In this document: positions 32,079 to 47,765 of the stretch, in pieces
Position numbering within the stretch: position 1 is the stretch's first letter
How the letters are laid out: the number at the start of each line of letters is the position of its first letter
Assembly: GCF_009914755.1 (NCBI RefSeq)
Contig: NC_060930.1
DNA length: 64,000 bases
Reading direction: 5' to 3' (one strand)
From: the human T2T-CHM13v2.0 reference genome, Homo sapiens
Notes under the pieces: model-generated
Database searches by the model: none
The model's input: only the letters and a program-made list of their open reading frames with translations
What the model was told of the DNA's origin: nothing
Program-made: the position numbers and the translations under genes

Positions 32079-33732
32079 TAAGCCTAACCTTTACTCTCCT
32101 TATAGACTCTGGCTGGTACCATAAAAAATTAAATACTAAATCCTTTATCTTAATTTCTAGAATCTGATTGGTCAATAAACATAATGAAATAACCAGTCAA
32201 ATGGTTCTATTCATAGATCTCTTTTTTTTTTCAAAAGCTTACAGAGAAAATGCATAATAAATTCAAAAAGGAATTCTCTAAAGCTTATGCTATTTTGAAT
32301 TCAGTGATGGGAAGGAAATTTACCTCACTGCATATGATTTTACATGTCACTTCTTTAAAAAGTTGTATAGCTACTTCTTCCTCTCAGAATTAATTGGGTC
32401 TTATGCTACAGTTTCTAAAATGTGAAATGATGGGGTGATTGCCATGTTACAAGCCTAAACATGACTTATGTTTTCAGGCTTATAGTGAATCAAAACTCAG
32501 TTTAATACCAGTTTCTATGCAAAGTGAATTGCTCAGAGCTACCCTTGAAATGCTTCGTGTGGAAAAAGAAGAGCCTCTTTACTGGAGAAAAGCATTCTGA
32601 AGTTGTCTGTGTAGTGGCATGCAAGTGATACACTCTGTGCAAGGATAACTTCTGCATAGTGTTTTAGAGAAATACATTGTTTAGAGCACAAAATAGCATC
32701 GTTTGTGAAACACCTGGTAGTCAATGCAAGGTGTGCTAACAATTACTTAATGGTGAGGCTGCAACTGATATTGAGAGAACTATTTTTGGGGGGTTATCAT
32801 CAGTATAAGCAGCCCTTAACAATCTTTGTAACCTAGGGGCAATCAATCATTTAGTTTCTATAGGGGCTCAGATTCCTGATGTGTAAAATATGAAGCCAAG
32901 GCCAGATCATCTTTAAGTTTCAGTGGTTACTTTCTAAGATTCTATAACAGTTTTTCCACTATGGCCAAGACAGAATGAATAAACTAGATTTTCAAAATTA
33001 GAATTTATCTTCTCAGCTTGGCTTTTTTTCCTCTTTGGTGCATAACAGAAAAGTAAAAATGGGAAATAAATAATATATGTGAAGAGGTTTGGGATCATCA
33101 CTATGTTTGTTGGTGAATGCTGCCACTGATTGCGTGGGGAACTAAGAAGTGAGATTTTCTTCACCACTACCCGCAACATTGACACAGGACCTAAGCACAT
33201 AAAACAAGCTCGTTCATATGTATAGTTTGGGTTTTGACAACAGCATTAGATGCTCACAGCATAATAATTTATATGCTGGACATCTTTGGGCAACTTAATC
33301 TTCTGAGCCTCATTTCTGTAAAATGAAACTACCAATGACTTAAGAAAGCAGCCCTGAGAATTAAGCTAAAGACAGAAATCCTCATTAAAATGCCCTAGTA
33401 AGGGGAGAAGTTGTGGGCAATGCTGTCAAATATCCATGAAAAATGTACATTTCCAGACAAAATGGCAGCTCCTCTAATTTACTGGTATTCTTCAGCTCTA
33501 AATTTCATCAGTCCTGTTCATCAGAAAGAATAACAAGAGAAACAGAAGGAAGTACTACAGAAAATGAGTATATTTTACCTATCCTAGGTAGTAGAAAATT
33601 TTGAGCATTCTTACATGAAAATTCAACAATTTGAACTCATTTTACTGGCCTGTATAAAATAGAAGTTGTGGAACATTTTATTTGGTATTTAATTACTTTC
33701 ACGTATTTCTGGTTTCTTTGGCATTGTGCTTT

Positions 33733-34290
<558 letters not shown>

Positions 34291-35269
34291 TGGCATTGTG
34301 CTTTATCCACAGGGATCATCCTATCAGCATGGGCTTGTCAATAGTTAGATAATCTTTCAAAGTTCCCATTAACTGTCACTTTTTAAGATGTTTAGTTCAA
34401 TTCTGTGGAAAGTGGGAATTAATCTAGTCAAGCATATTCTTAACTTTCAATCACTCCAGAAAAACATTACAGAATGATAGAATCCCTACCACATGCTATG
34501 ATAAGCTATACAAAGGGAACAATTGGCTTTTTCTTCTTAGCTATAATGGTCTAGCAGGAAGGGCCCTTAGCATTGTTATTTTCTGTGTAGTTGTTTCTCC
34601 TGTAGCATACTGTATGTAAAAGTTAAACATTAATACCACTTGGGACTTTTACAGTGCATTTAATGGGCTCAGCATGTCTTAGAGCCAGTCTCTGAGAGCT
34701 GCAGTATCTTAACAGCACTCCTAATGGCAGGTTACTCTTTTTCTATTATATTAAAGACCGAAGGTGAAGGGAGAAAGAGGGTAAGTGGCTTATAAATGAT
34801 TATCAGTACAGGAACTAGACTGAATACTTGGGCCACATTTTGACAGTTAGTCCAGACATTCAATCACAGATTTTGGATCATTGTGGATGTCTATGATAGT
34901 AATAACTTCACAGTAATAGTCATGGATAATGTAGAGAGTTTAATGGTACTTCTGCTTATAATGCTTCCAGAAGTTCTCAGTACTTAAAACATAAGGAAAG
35001 TTACTTATTGCTGTCATTACTATTACGTACAAATTAACAATAATGACCTGCACTTGGGTAAAGGCTGTACTTTGGACTTTAGAATTCAACTATTATATTA
35101 ATACTCAACTCAGTACTAAGCAGATATAAGATTTCAATAAATATTTGTGGATTTTTTCAAAGAGCTTCTAAAGTAAATATTAGCTCACTTGATTTCACAA
35201 CAGCTTTGGGAGAAAGATTGGGTGGGTGTCGTTATGCTCATTTTCTGTGAATTGGATGAAGACTAATAA

Positions 35270-35490
35270 AATGGACATGGTCTTGGAGTCATAGGAAAAC
35301 TTGGGTTCTTAGTCTGTTCTGCTCTTAATAGCTGTGTGATGTTGGGAAATTACTTGACCTCTCTGAGCCTCAGTTTGTTTCCGCAGAAAAGTAGGGATAT
35401 TACCATCAAACAGTTATTTTTAGGAATAAACGAGATTATCTATGCATGTCTCTAGCTCAATGTTACTAATCAGGATCCTGCACTTAATAA
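35270..35490 (+). mobile_element. MIR relic
   Basis: gctgtgtgatgttgggaaattacttgacctctctgagcctcagtttg MIR core. Confidence 0.75.
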
Positions 35491-36735
35491 AAGACAAAAA
35501 TGAGATAAGAGGTCATGTTGGCTGACTTTGGGCCAGTTGCCCTTTGCATTAAGTCAGATTTAAGGCAGTAATTTGCTAGTCATTGTATCATGAGCCATGG
35601 CCCAAACACTTGACAGACTTTGAAGATTTGTTATTACTTTGCCTTATGGAAGCCTAAAAAGTCATGATCATAAAACAATTAACATTTCTGCTGATCTGGA
35701 AAAAATGTCACTCGAATTGAGATGGATGTTCCTTTTTAAATTTTTTCTGTTGTGGGCTGAGTGTGGTTAAGGTGAGTTTTTTGAGATGGCACTTTTTAGA
35801 TATCATTTCAGTTTAATATTCTATATTCCTCCTGTGGCCAGAAATACTCAGTAACTCCTTAACTTTAACTCTGACATATTATCAGTGTGTCAAGATGGAA
35901 ACCAGTTGCTGCTGAATCTCTGGCTCAAGAGATCGTTAAGCAGATGCTAGAAACAGAAGCCAGGCTTCTGAGACAGACGCTGGGCAGCGGATACTTTAAG
36001 CTACTGAATGAACATAGGATGGCTGTGTTAGGTAGCTTGGAGGTAGTGGTGAAGGAATAGCTTTTTATAGTCATGACTGTTGAGGTCACCTCCATCCCTG
36101 AAATTACATGAAAATTTATGAGCTTCCTAGGCTTTTGTTCTTTTGATGCTCAGACAGGCTTCTCTACTCTAGATTGAAGTCTCATGCATTTTCCACTAAC
36201 TTAGAAGAACAGTATGGCATAATGGAAAAAGCATTGGTTTCCGATGAGCTGTGTAATGTTAGGTAGATCACTTAGCCTCTCTGTGTCCTTTTCTCAATGG
36301 TATAATGGTATAATAGAAGTTGAGAAGATCAATCGTGCTGACGTATTTTGATGCTTTGAACATTTAAAGTGCTAGACAACACTGGCTTGTAAAATAACTG
36401 ATTACTAGCAGAAAGAGAAGGTTTATGCTGACTTATTTTTCAAATGCTCTATGACTCTTCTACAGTGTTTGGTAGACTGGCTCTAGGCTCAGCTTTGTGC
36501 CTATCTTAAAAAAAAGTACATAATGCTATACTGATTCATTCTTCTCATTGCCTAGGATTACATTAGAAAATAAGCTCCATGAAGGCAAATATTTTTGTAT
36601 GTTTTATTCACAGATGTGTCTAAAGTGCTTATGACATTATCAGACATACAATAGGTGATCAGTGAATATTTGTCAAATGACAAAATAATTTGAAGTAAGG
36701 AGGCACAGGCATCTACTGTTGCTCACCTTTTGACT

Positions 36736-36772
36736 GTGTGTGTGTGTGTGTGTGTGTGCGTGTGCGCATGCG
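36736..36772. repeat. (TG)n microsatellite
   Basis: Read directly. Confidence 0.95.
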
Positions 36773-38329
36773 TAGGTGCTGAGGTGGGCATGATAATAAG
36801 TATATATCGTTACATATATTCTATCTCACTTTAAATGGTAAAGTTTTCATCTCTTGATTTCCAGTATTGGGTCAGGTAGCATCTGCTTAAAGGACAATTT
36901 CTTCCTGACATTTTAATTCAAGTTTCAATTCAAATCCCACTAGTTCTGGTTGCGCCTGGATCAACGCATTAGTACACTCAGCTTAATGATACCCTACCAA
37001 GCTTCCTGAAAGTCTTACAGAGATACACAATTACCAAAACCCACCTAGGGGGCCTGCACATTGAAGGAATCACTAATGGGATTTGAGAGGGAGTGCTGAC
37101 AACACAATCAGTCTTTAAACGAAGAGTTTCTGTTGGAGCTAAAATCCAGTCAGAGAAGCAGGAGGTGATTTTATGATTTATACAAATCCACAAGAGCATC
37201 AGTAATAATTTGAGGCTAACTGAAACATGCAATGTCCAGTTTCTATTGAGTCCTGGAAAGACATTGCCTGGATTTATCTAGGCAAGTAGACGGGGTCAAA
37301 TGGGATCCATGAGCATGTCATCAATAATGTTTACTTATCTGTTATTTAAGGAATTTTAATGAAAACCAAATTAGATGAAGTGAACTGTTTCTAATCTGAT
37401 TTCCATGCATCAAGCTAAGCTCCCCTCTACTAAACAAAAGCCCAGGAAATCTAACAAAAACCAAATAAGTAGTGATCAGTAAACTGTAAGAAAACTGTAG
37501 TCTGCAGGGTCTGTGTCAACTGCTATTTTCTTTGGCGCTCTTGATTCTCACTTGCCTCAAGACACAGACAGCTGTTATATCCACAGGAGAAGAAGCAACT
37601 GATGGAGTGTTCTCTCTCCTTAGGTTAGAAGGAATAACATCTCAAGACTGGATTTGTCATTGAAAGGTTTGAGTATCCCTTTAATTTCGTAGAATCATTT
37701 TCTTCTCCACATTACTAAACCCAGCATTTTGTACAAGTAAATTTGGAATTATTTTAGCATGGCTTGAAATCTTAAAACTACAGACTGCACTTGTATGATG
37801 CTCTGTCAGCTGCTTCGAAAGGAAGGCTCTGTCAACTGCTATTACTATTAAATTTTCTCTCTGTTTAATAATTTAGCAAAGTAACACGTTCACAGGGTAA
37901 AAATCTGAGTAGAATAGAAAGACTCATAATGAAACATAGCAGTCCTCACTCATCCTTTTTCTACACTGAGTTTTCTGGAGACAGTAGGTTTTTCTGCCAT
38001 TCTGTTCTTTCCTCTCACTGTATGATTTTACTTTTTCTTGATCAATCAAATTCTGTTAATTTTATGCTAAGGAAGAGTTTAGTTCATTTAAACTACTCTC
38101 TCCTAATATTTATGCCTGGTATTTGACTTACCCTATTAGTTATCATTGTACTATTAATACAATAAACTGAAACCTATGTGTCGTCACGTCTTATTTACTC
38201 AATATCTCTTGACTTCCTACCGTGTGAGATTAAAATATTAACACCTTGCCTTATTTGCTGTCCTCTGTCCTTATTGCCAGCTTCTGTTTTCCGCCAGTTC
38301 CACCTTTACTTCAAAAGAGTGGCTTTTAC

Positions 38330-38480
38330 AATTCTCACCATAAAGAAATAATAAGTATGTGAAGTGATGGATGTATTACTTAGCCTGATGTATTCAGTCC
38401 ACAGTGTATATATGTATTAAAACATTACGTTGTACCTCCAAAATATATACAATTATTATTTGTCAATTAAAAATGTAAGA
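38330..38480 (+). mobile_element. L1MA/MB extreme 3' end fragment
   Basis: gtatgtgaagtgatggatgt...ttgtacctccaaaatatatacaattattatttgtcaattaaaaat. Confidence 0.7.
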
Positions 38481-39833
38481 AACCCACCCCCCCCCACCCA
38501 AAAACCAAACAAAAAGTGTCAAGGTTGATCACGTTTACATTCAGTTTTGTAACCTTGATTCAGTTTTATGTGTTTTACTGATAGGTAACATCCAAAAATT
38601 GAAAACCAATAAGTGTTTATAGCATCATTATTATTTAAATGCATCCTGCATAGATTAGTAGTGTGCTATGATTACTGTTCTTCCCTGGCTTCACAATCTC
38701 TCTTCAAACTAGCATACTGAAGGGGTCTTCATATCCTAAAACAACAAATAGATTGATTTTCAAATCATTGTTTTTTTAACTGATTACCAAATTAATGCTT
38801 ATTTTAGATATAAAAATGTAAAGAAGAAACTTATAAAGAAGAATTTTTAAAAATCCCACAACACAAAGGTATGTCAAAACTTCATCATGGGTTATTTCCA
38901 AATTTGATTTTCTTCTCCATTGAAATGGCAGGTTGAAGACTCAGATTGACCCCTCCAATACTGCAGGAAAGTGGTGAGTGTTCTCGGTCACCACAGGCAT
39001 AAATTAATGAGGCCGTGTTTCCAAACCTTGCAACCCACCCCTTTATCCTAGTCTATAATTTATTGGAAAGATAAAGAACATTTGATTGAACCCATAAACA
39101 CCCTTGATGATCATATTAGCATTTCCTTGAGTCTTTCTATAATTTCTTCCCCTTTCTGGTTGTTTGAGAGAAAGAGTGCAGCCCTTCCTTTGCCTTGCCA
39201 GGAATTACAAAGGTTATCTTCTTAACAGATTATATTTGAAGAGTGAAAGGGCACACTTTTAGTCATTCACTTGGGACAACAGGCATAAACTGGGTTGTAT
39301 GATCACCTGAGATTAGCTTTTTCTTTTAAAGAGGAAACACTTCCAATAGAAAACAGTTGCTCTTCAGCCTCACTCTTTTTTAAAGAAGAGTCTGTTATCC
39401 CAGGTGGCTTAATGAGCCACCCCATACATCTGCTTTCCACCTTCCTGAATTTACTTCCTTGAGAGTCAAGAGCAGACTCTTAGGATGTCAGCACAACAGC
39501 TCTTTCTGTTACTCACTCACTCACTCACTTCTCTGCATCATCCATCGTTGCTACCTATAGCTTCTTCCTCAAGGTCCTTCCCTTTGTTTCTAACATTGTG
39601 CTCTTCTGACTCTTCTATTTTGAATAACCTCTTCCATCTTTTGTTCTTTTTGTAATTGCTCTACTACTCATTCTGCTCCCTTCTGACTCTAGGCAATGTA
39701 GTTTTGCTATAAAATGCTTTCTTGCTCTGCCTTCCTCTTGTTTTGGCTTCCTTTCAGGAAGTACATGGTTCAACCCTGAGCTCTATGTAGTTAACCCCAA
39801 ATCTATGTGTCAACCCTGACTATTGTTAACATG

Positions 39834-40542
39834 TTTTTCTTTTTTTAGTTGGCACACATAATAACTGTATATATTTATGGGATACAGAGTGATATTTTGA
39901 TACACAAATACAATGTATAAGGATCACATCAGGGTAATTAGCATACTCATCACCTCAAACATTGATCACTCCTTTGTGTTGTGAATATTTAACAATTTCT
40001 TTTCTGTTTTTTTAAAGCATATAATAAATTATCATTAACCACATTTACCCTACAGTGTTATAGAATGCTAGAACTTATTCTTTCTATCTAACTGTAATTT
40101 TGTATTGTTACCCAGTCTCTCTTCATCCTCCTCTCCTCCTTACATTTCCCAGCCTCTAATAACCACAATTCTATTCTCTACTTCTATGAGCTCATATTTT
40201 TGTAGTTTCCACATATGAATGAGAACATGCGGTTTCTATATGTAGTTTCCACATATGAATGTGAACATGCGGTTCACATATGAATGAGAATATGCGGTTC
40301 TATGTCTTGCTTATTTCACTCAACAAAATGTCCTCCAGGCCCATCCATATTGCCACAAATGACAGGATTTCATTCTTTTTTATGGCCGAATATTGTTCTA
40401 TTGTGTACATGTCCCACATTTTCCTTATCTATTCATTTATTGATGAACTTTTAGCTTGATTTTTTATCTTTGCTATTGTGAATAATGCTGCAATAAATAC
40501 CAAGGTGCAGGTATCTCTTTAATATACTGATTTCCTTTTCTG
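39834..40542 (-). mobile_element. L1MA5/6-like 3' end with internal tandem duplications
   Basis: L1MA 3'UTR preceded by poly-T. Confidence 0.85.
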
Positions 40543-40825
40543 CTTCTACTGAACATTAGCAGCTATTTTTGGATATCCCCATTTGGAGGTTCATCTGACT
40601 CCTGAGAAAAAAGTGGCCTAAACTAAATGAATTCTCTTTTCTTTTCTTCCTGGAATTATTCTAGCATTCGTGTTACCTGGTTCAACACTCAATAACTATT
40701 CTTTACACCTTCCTCTGGCACTCCTCCTTCAGGGAATTTTTTAGTCCTGTTCTATTTCCTAATATTTGATGTTCTTTCTTCTTCTCTCTATGCCCACTGC
40801 TGCTTTGCTTTCCTAGTTCTGATTC

Positions 40826-42010
40826 TAGTAAAAATTCTCCTATGAAAAGCTAATAAAGGTATAGGAAAAAAACTAAACAAGTGTTTTTCCATCCCTCACA
40901 CTCCACCCAACAGAACACTTTTGATACCAGATATGTAGGGGGTTTTCCCCACACACCAACCAAGCAATTCTCCAGTAGACACCAGTTGACATCCTCTACT
41001 AATTCAATTCAATTCTGACACTATTTACCTGGAGATAGTATCAGATCCCACAGGCTGAGCACTCAGATCCATAAGACTTCTCCCCACTTCAGATGCCAGT
41101 CACAAGCACAGGCTGTGACCTGCTTCTGACCAATTGGCTATAAATCAGGAGTTCCCATGATACCTTCCTTGGGTTTGATCAGTCTGCTAGAGTGGCTTAC
41201 AGAACTTGGAAACACTTTACTTATGTTTACTCACTTATTATAAAGGACATTACAAAGGATACAGATGAACAGCCAGATGGAAGAGCTGCATAGGGCAAGG
41301 CATGTGGAAAGGGGCATGGAGCTTCCATGCCCTGTCCAGGCATGCCAATCTCCAGGCACCTACACAAGTGAGCTCAATGATCTGGAAGCCCTCTGAATCC
41401 TGTTCTTTTGGTTTTTTTTAAACATTTATTTTTATTTTAATTTAGTTTTATTTTTTTGAGACAAAGTCTCACTCTGTCTCCCAGGCTGGAGTGCAGTGGC
41501 GCGATCTTGGCTCACTGCAACCTCCACCTCAGCCCCCTGAGTAGCTGGGACTACAGGTACACACCATCACACGCGGCTAATTTTTGTACTTTTAGTAGAG
41601 ATGGGGTTTCACCATGTTGGCCAGGATGGTCTCAAACTCCTGACCTCAGGTGATGTGCCCACCTCGGCCTCCCACAGTGCTGGGATTACAGGTATGAGCC
41701 ACCGCACCTGGCCTCTTTTGGGTTTTTATGGTGGCTTCATTATGTAGGCATAATTGATTACATCATTGGCCATTGGTGATCAACTCTACCTTCAGCCCCT
41801 CTCCTCTTCCCAGAGGTCTGGGGTGGGGCTGAAAGTCCCAACCCTCTAATCATGAAGTTTTTCCAGTGACCAGCCTCCATCGTGAAGCTATCTAGTGGCT
41901 CCGAGCCACCAGCCATCTCATGAACATAGAAAAAACACTCATTGCTCCAGTGACAGAGCTGTGTGCCAGGAAGTGGGATCAAGACCAAATATATATTTCA
42001 TGTTATCACA
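40826..42010. mobile_element. MER21-family ERV solo LTR interrupted by an Alu
   Basis: MER21 motifs (aattcaattctgacactatttacctggagatag...tcagatcccacagg; ...gaccaaatatatatttc...tcaca). Confidence 0.85.
41419..41713 (-). mobile_element. AluSx-like SINE with a small internal deletion
   Basis: Alu body lacking about 25 nt after caacctccacctc; TSD tcttttgg(g)ttttt. Confidence 0.92.
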
Positions 42011-42081
42011 AGATGGAACTCTATATATGAAGGTTTGAGAGAGAGACACACACACATAATATCATCCAGGTAAAGGAGTAG

Positions 42082-43151
<1,070 letters not shown>

Positions 43152-43199
43152 CTACCTGCTTTTTTTCTGAGCTCTTCCAGAAACACAGCCCCGCACCTC

Positions 43200-43510
43200 C
43201 TCCTTGCTAAAATATGTACATTTCCCCATTATCTACTTAATAAAATCCAAACTCCTAGACTTGTGTTTACATCTATATTTAAACCTTATATTGTACTACA
43301 TGTCTTCATGGAAATTTTTCCAGAGTGTAACACACATGATTTTTGAGTAGTTTTTCTGGCTTTCCCCTCCCAACTTCTCAGCTGGGATAGAAGCTGCCTA
43401 AAGCAGGAGCTTGTCTGCCTTGTTCACTGCTGAATTTCCTGAGCTGAGAATATAGCCTGATACATAGCATGCTCTCAGGATTCATTAGACGAATGAATAA
43501 ATGAATGACG
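43200..43510 (+). mobile_element. L2 relic
   Basis: L2 3' end motifs ending gaatgaataaatgaatga. Confidence 0.65.
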
Positions 43511-43567
43511 AGTTATTGTCCTTACTTTCTGCTTTCTGGCCACATGCCCTCTTAGACAGCACTTATC

Positions 43568-43975
43568 TGTTATGAGCTGAATTGTTTTTTCCCCAAAATT
43601 CATATGCTGAAGTCCTAACACCCAGTATCTCACAGTTTGACTATATTTGGAGATAGGGCCTTACAGAGGTGATTAAGTTAAAAAGAAGTGGTTTGTTAGG
43701 ATGGGCTTTCATCTAATTTGACTGGTTTCCTGTAAAAAAATTTGAAAAGGAGGAAGAGGAAATTTGGGCACACAGAAAGATATAAGATGAATGTATACAC
43801 ATAGAGGAAAGGCCACGTGAGGAAAGACCACAGTGAGAAGGTCTGCATGCCAACAGACAGGCTTCAGAAGGAGCCAACTCTGCAAACCCTTGGTATTGGA
43901 CTTCTAACCTACAAAACTGTGAGAAAAGAAATTTCTGTTGTTTAAGTCATCCAGTCTGTGGTATTTTTGTTATAC
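43568..43975 (+). mobile_element. MLT1A/B-like solo LTR
   Basis: tgttatgagctgaattg...cagtctgtggtatttttgttata. Confidence 0.85.
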
Positions 43976-43979
43976 ATTT

Positions 43980-44150
43980 ACTTTTGCAACAGTACTCTGT
44001 TAAACCTTTTACATACAATCCTAATAAGAATCCTATGATGTAGATATTTTTATGATCCCCATTTTACAGATAAAGAAATGGAAGAATTGAGATGTTAATT
44101 AACTTTTTTATGGTCAAACAGCCAGGGTTTGGAATGTAGGCAACTTGATT
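43980..44150 (-). mobile_element. MIR relic
   Basis: atccccattttacagataaagaaatggaag MIR core. Confidence 0.7.
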
Positions 44151-45501
44151 CACCCTGTTCCCTCTACCTGGTACACCTTCCCCTTCACTTCTGAATGGTA
44201 AATTCTAACCATCTCCAAAGCCAGAGAACATGTCTTTTTTCACTAAATTTCCCCACTTTGGCTTCAAACTTATATTGTGATATTTGTTTTACTTTATGTT
44301 TAGTTCCAAATTTGTTGTAGATGCCTGCTCAGGAATCTGCTTAGCTCTCCAGGATGGGGGTCTCACATTATTCACCATAGCCCTTTGACATTAAACCTAG
44401 ACCCCTTCTGGGATGAGAGTCTATTATGGGCTGAATTGGAACCTGGATCCTGATTGCTGGCGGATAGGTATCCTGGCTATACAAATGCCAATTTACATGT
44501 ATTTAAAAATTCACTTGTCTCAGAATTCCATATTCTATTCTCTATTACATGTATAGGAATCTCTGCTAGCCTGATATTGATTACATCCCTGGATCATCAT
44601 TGTTCATATTTCCCTATAGCCTTTACATATAGTGTTCTACTCTTTATATGCACTTTCCCCAGAATCAGAAGTTTAGTCTCCCCTAAAGCCCCCAGCTTAC
44701 TGTGCATAGTCTGTTTCCATGGCTCTGCTTATCCTACACATGACTGCTGTTTAGCAGGCAATGTCCAGGCATGACCTGTGATAGTCAATCCTTAGATTTC
44801 TGTTAATGATTCACCCATTTATTCACACATGCATTCACTTATTTGTTCTTCTGTTTATCCATCTAACTGGGAGCTTTTTATATGCCAGGTATAACACAGA
44901 TCAAGGTCAGTTTCTTGATTTGATACTAAAAACATCAACAAGCTTTTAATGCTACTAACAATCTACAAAAATATTCCTAAATTAACCTACACTAAAATGT
45001 AATTTGAAAACATATCACTGATGAGATTCAGGTATCTTTCTGCGTGTCACCAGGAAGCAATCTAAAATAAAATCAGTAACAAATAAGTTGCAAACTAGGA
45101 AATTATAACATGTCATGAGGATATGTTAAATGAAGGCTAGCCGTGGTGTGATAAGGGACAACTGAAGTTTCCGAGGTTCTGGAATACTGAAAAAGGAATA
45201 CTGTGGAAAAAGAGAGATTAGTGCTGCTCTGGTACTGCCTAGGAGAGAGAAACTCAATCCAGAACTAGGGTGTTAGTGAGGGTGACAACTGCATAGAATA
45301 ATAAGTCCAGTTTAGCAAACATTTTTGAGAAACCCCTAAATACTAGACAATTGTAGGATGCAAATGGGAATCGGATATAGTCCTTGTCCTCAAGTAGTGG
45401 GGAAAACAGACACATAAAATCTTAGCTTTACTAGAGGTAGGAGTGAGGCAAGTGTGGCTGTCAGCAATATCAAGCAACACCTCAGATGTGCTATTATCTG
45501 A

Positions 45502-45879
<378 letters not shown>

Positions 45880-47765
45880 AGGCTTCCCTCTTAATGAAAG
45901 GAACATAGTACAATTCCCAGACTTCTGTCTGATAGTAGAAAACAAGAAAGAAAAAAATGGAGATCAATACATTTTGGTGGGTAATATGAGAACTATGCTG
46001 GATATTTAATATTTTCCTCTCCCAATCCATTTCATTCTTCTCCACTCTTCTCCCTGTATATAAGTTATACAGTCTATGGTATTTTGTTACAGCAGTACAG
46101 ACTAAGACACCACTTTCTGAATTTAAACAAATTTCCGCTGTGTCAAAATTGAGAAGAGCGTGCACTGACTAGCTGATAAAATCAATTCCATTTAATTGGA
46201 ATGATATTTCTCACTACAAAATAATGAGGTAGTAATATGACTGATAACTTTTTCACCTGCACTTAGATTTGTAAATCAACTGGTTAACCTAGAACAACCA
46301 ATAAAATTAGATTTCTGAACTCTGCACAGATGAAGATGAGACTTCGAAGTAGAAAGGAAATAGGAAACTCAAGTACCTAGCCAACCTCACCTAATGCTAC
46401 AGGAATAACGCATATTTAGAGTTGCTGGTCTCGTATGGTGATACAGACCCAACCACAGTCTAATTATCAGGCTTGGAGTCGAGTCTGCTGCTGCCCATGA
46501 AATATGGTTAAAATAACTAGTCCTTATAGGATTTCAGGATTATTAGTACTGTGCTAAGAAAGGGATGTCCCTCAGGTTCTAAGGAAACAGGGCTCTGCAG
46601 AATTGTAACTAACTTCTGGATGCAACCACAGGGTTTTAACATTTAAAGATAACATTGGTCAGTCTGATCTACCATCCAGGCAGCCCAGTTAGCCATGGGA
46701 AGACCAGAAGCTATTTTCTTAAATACATTTTCTAACATAGCTTAAATATGATAGAAATATTGAAATGTGGTTTAATTCTCTTGGTTGAAAAAGAAAATGT
46801 GATCTGTAAATGATTCTATAAACTTTTGACTTAATTTCTCTTAATTTCTGCCCAGTGTGTCACGTATGATTTTGTTAGTAACATCTGCAGCACTTGCAGG
46901 TTAACACATCTATTTCATCCAAAATCATACCAAAATGAGTTGGATATATAAAAATATTTGGCAAATGTCACAAGTAGATGCAGTGAGGAAAAGCCTAATT
47001 TCTAAGTCACACGTGTACTCAAGGGTGCTGAGTTGGATGAGCACATATTTTACAAAGAGCTGGACAGTTCTGGTCCTTGTTTTATCATGGGTCAGGAGCA
47101 CAAAAGTGAACTAAATAACAGAAATCAAAAGGCAAACATTGACACTGGAAGCTCACAAGACTTAGCAAGAAACACATTCTTAAAAGTCATTAAACAATTT
47201 TGAAAAGAAATTCAAGCTGTGGGGATTGAGCTCTGAGATCAGAACAATAAGCTCCATGAATTGGAACAGAGGCTTTCTGAAAGCAGTTTTGAAGAATACT
47301 TTTCCCAGACAAGCTTCTTTGTGAGGGGATTTTTTTTTTTTTTTAACAAATATGCCTATTTTTGACTCAGCTCAGAAATGAAATATTTCAAAAGCCTTTT
47401 CAAGCTCAGTATCTCTAAAATTACTCTTTCAAAGTTACACTTTAAGGGGTACTAGAGGATTGAGATTAAGAGGGATACCAAGTTTGTAAAATTTTCATAG
47501 GCATGATAAAGACGCAGGAAAGTCCCCACCCATCCCCAATAATTTCTTTAGTGTTTTAGATAAAACAAACAAAGAAATACCAGTTGGAAAGGATGGCACT
47601 GTTAACGGGGTTGGGAAAGTGTTTCAAAATTCAGTTTTGACAAAAGAAAGAGTAAGACAAAAATTGCTTTCTTTCTGGGTTTAGGAGTTTTACAAAGTGA
47701 ATTTTAATGAGAAATATTTTTATAAGGTTTGTTTTCCATAATTAATGTCATTGAATATAAAAATA

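Noticed and set aside
40201-40300. Regularly repeated units as a possible CRISPR-like array
   Set aside because: The repeats are tandem with no unique spacers, lie inside a mammalian L1, and have no cas genes nearby.
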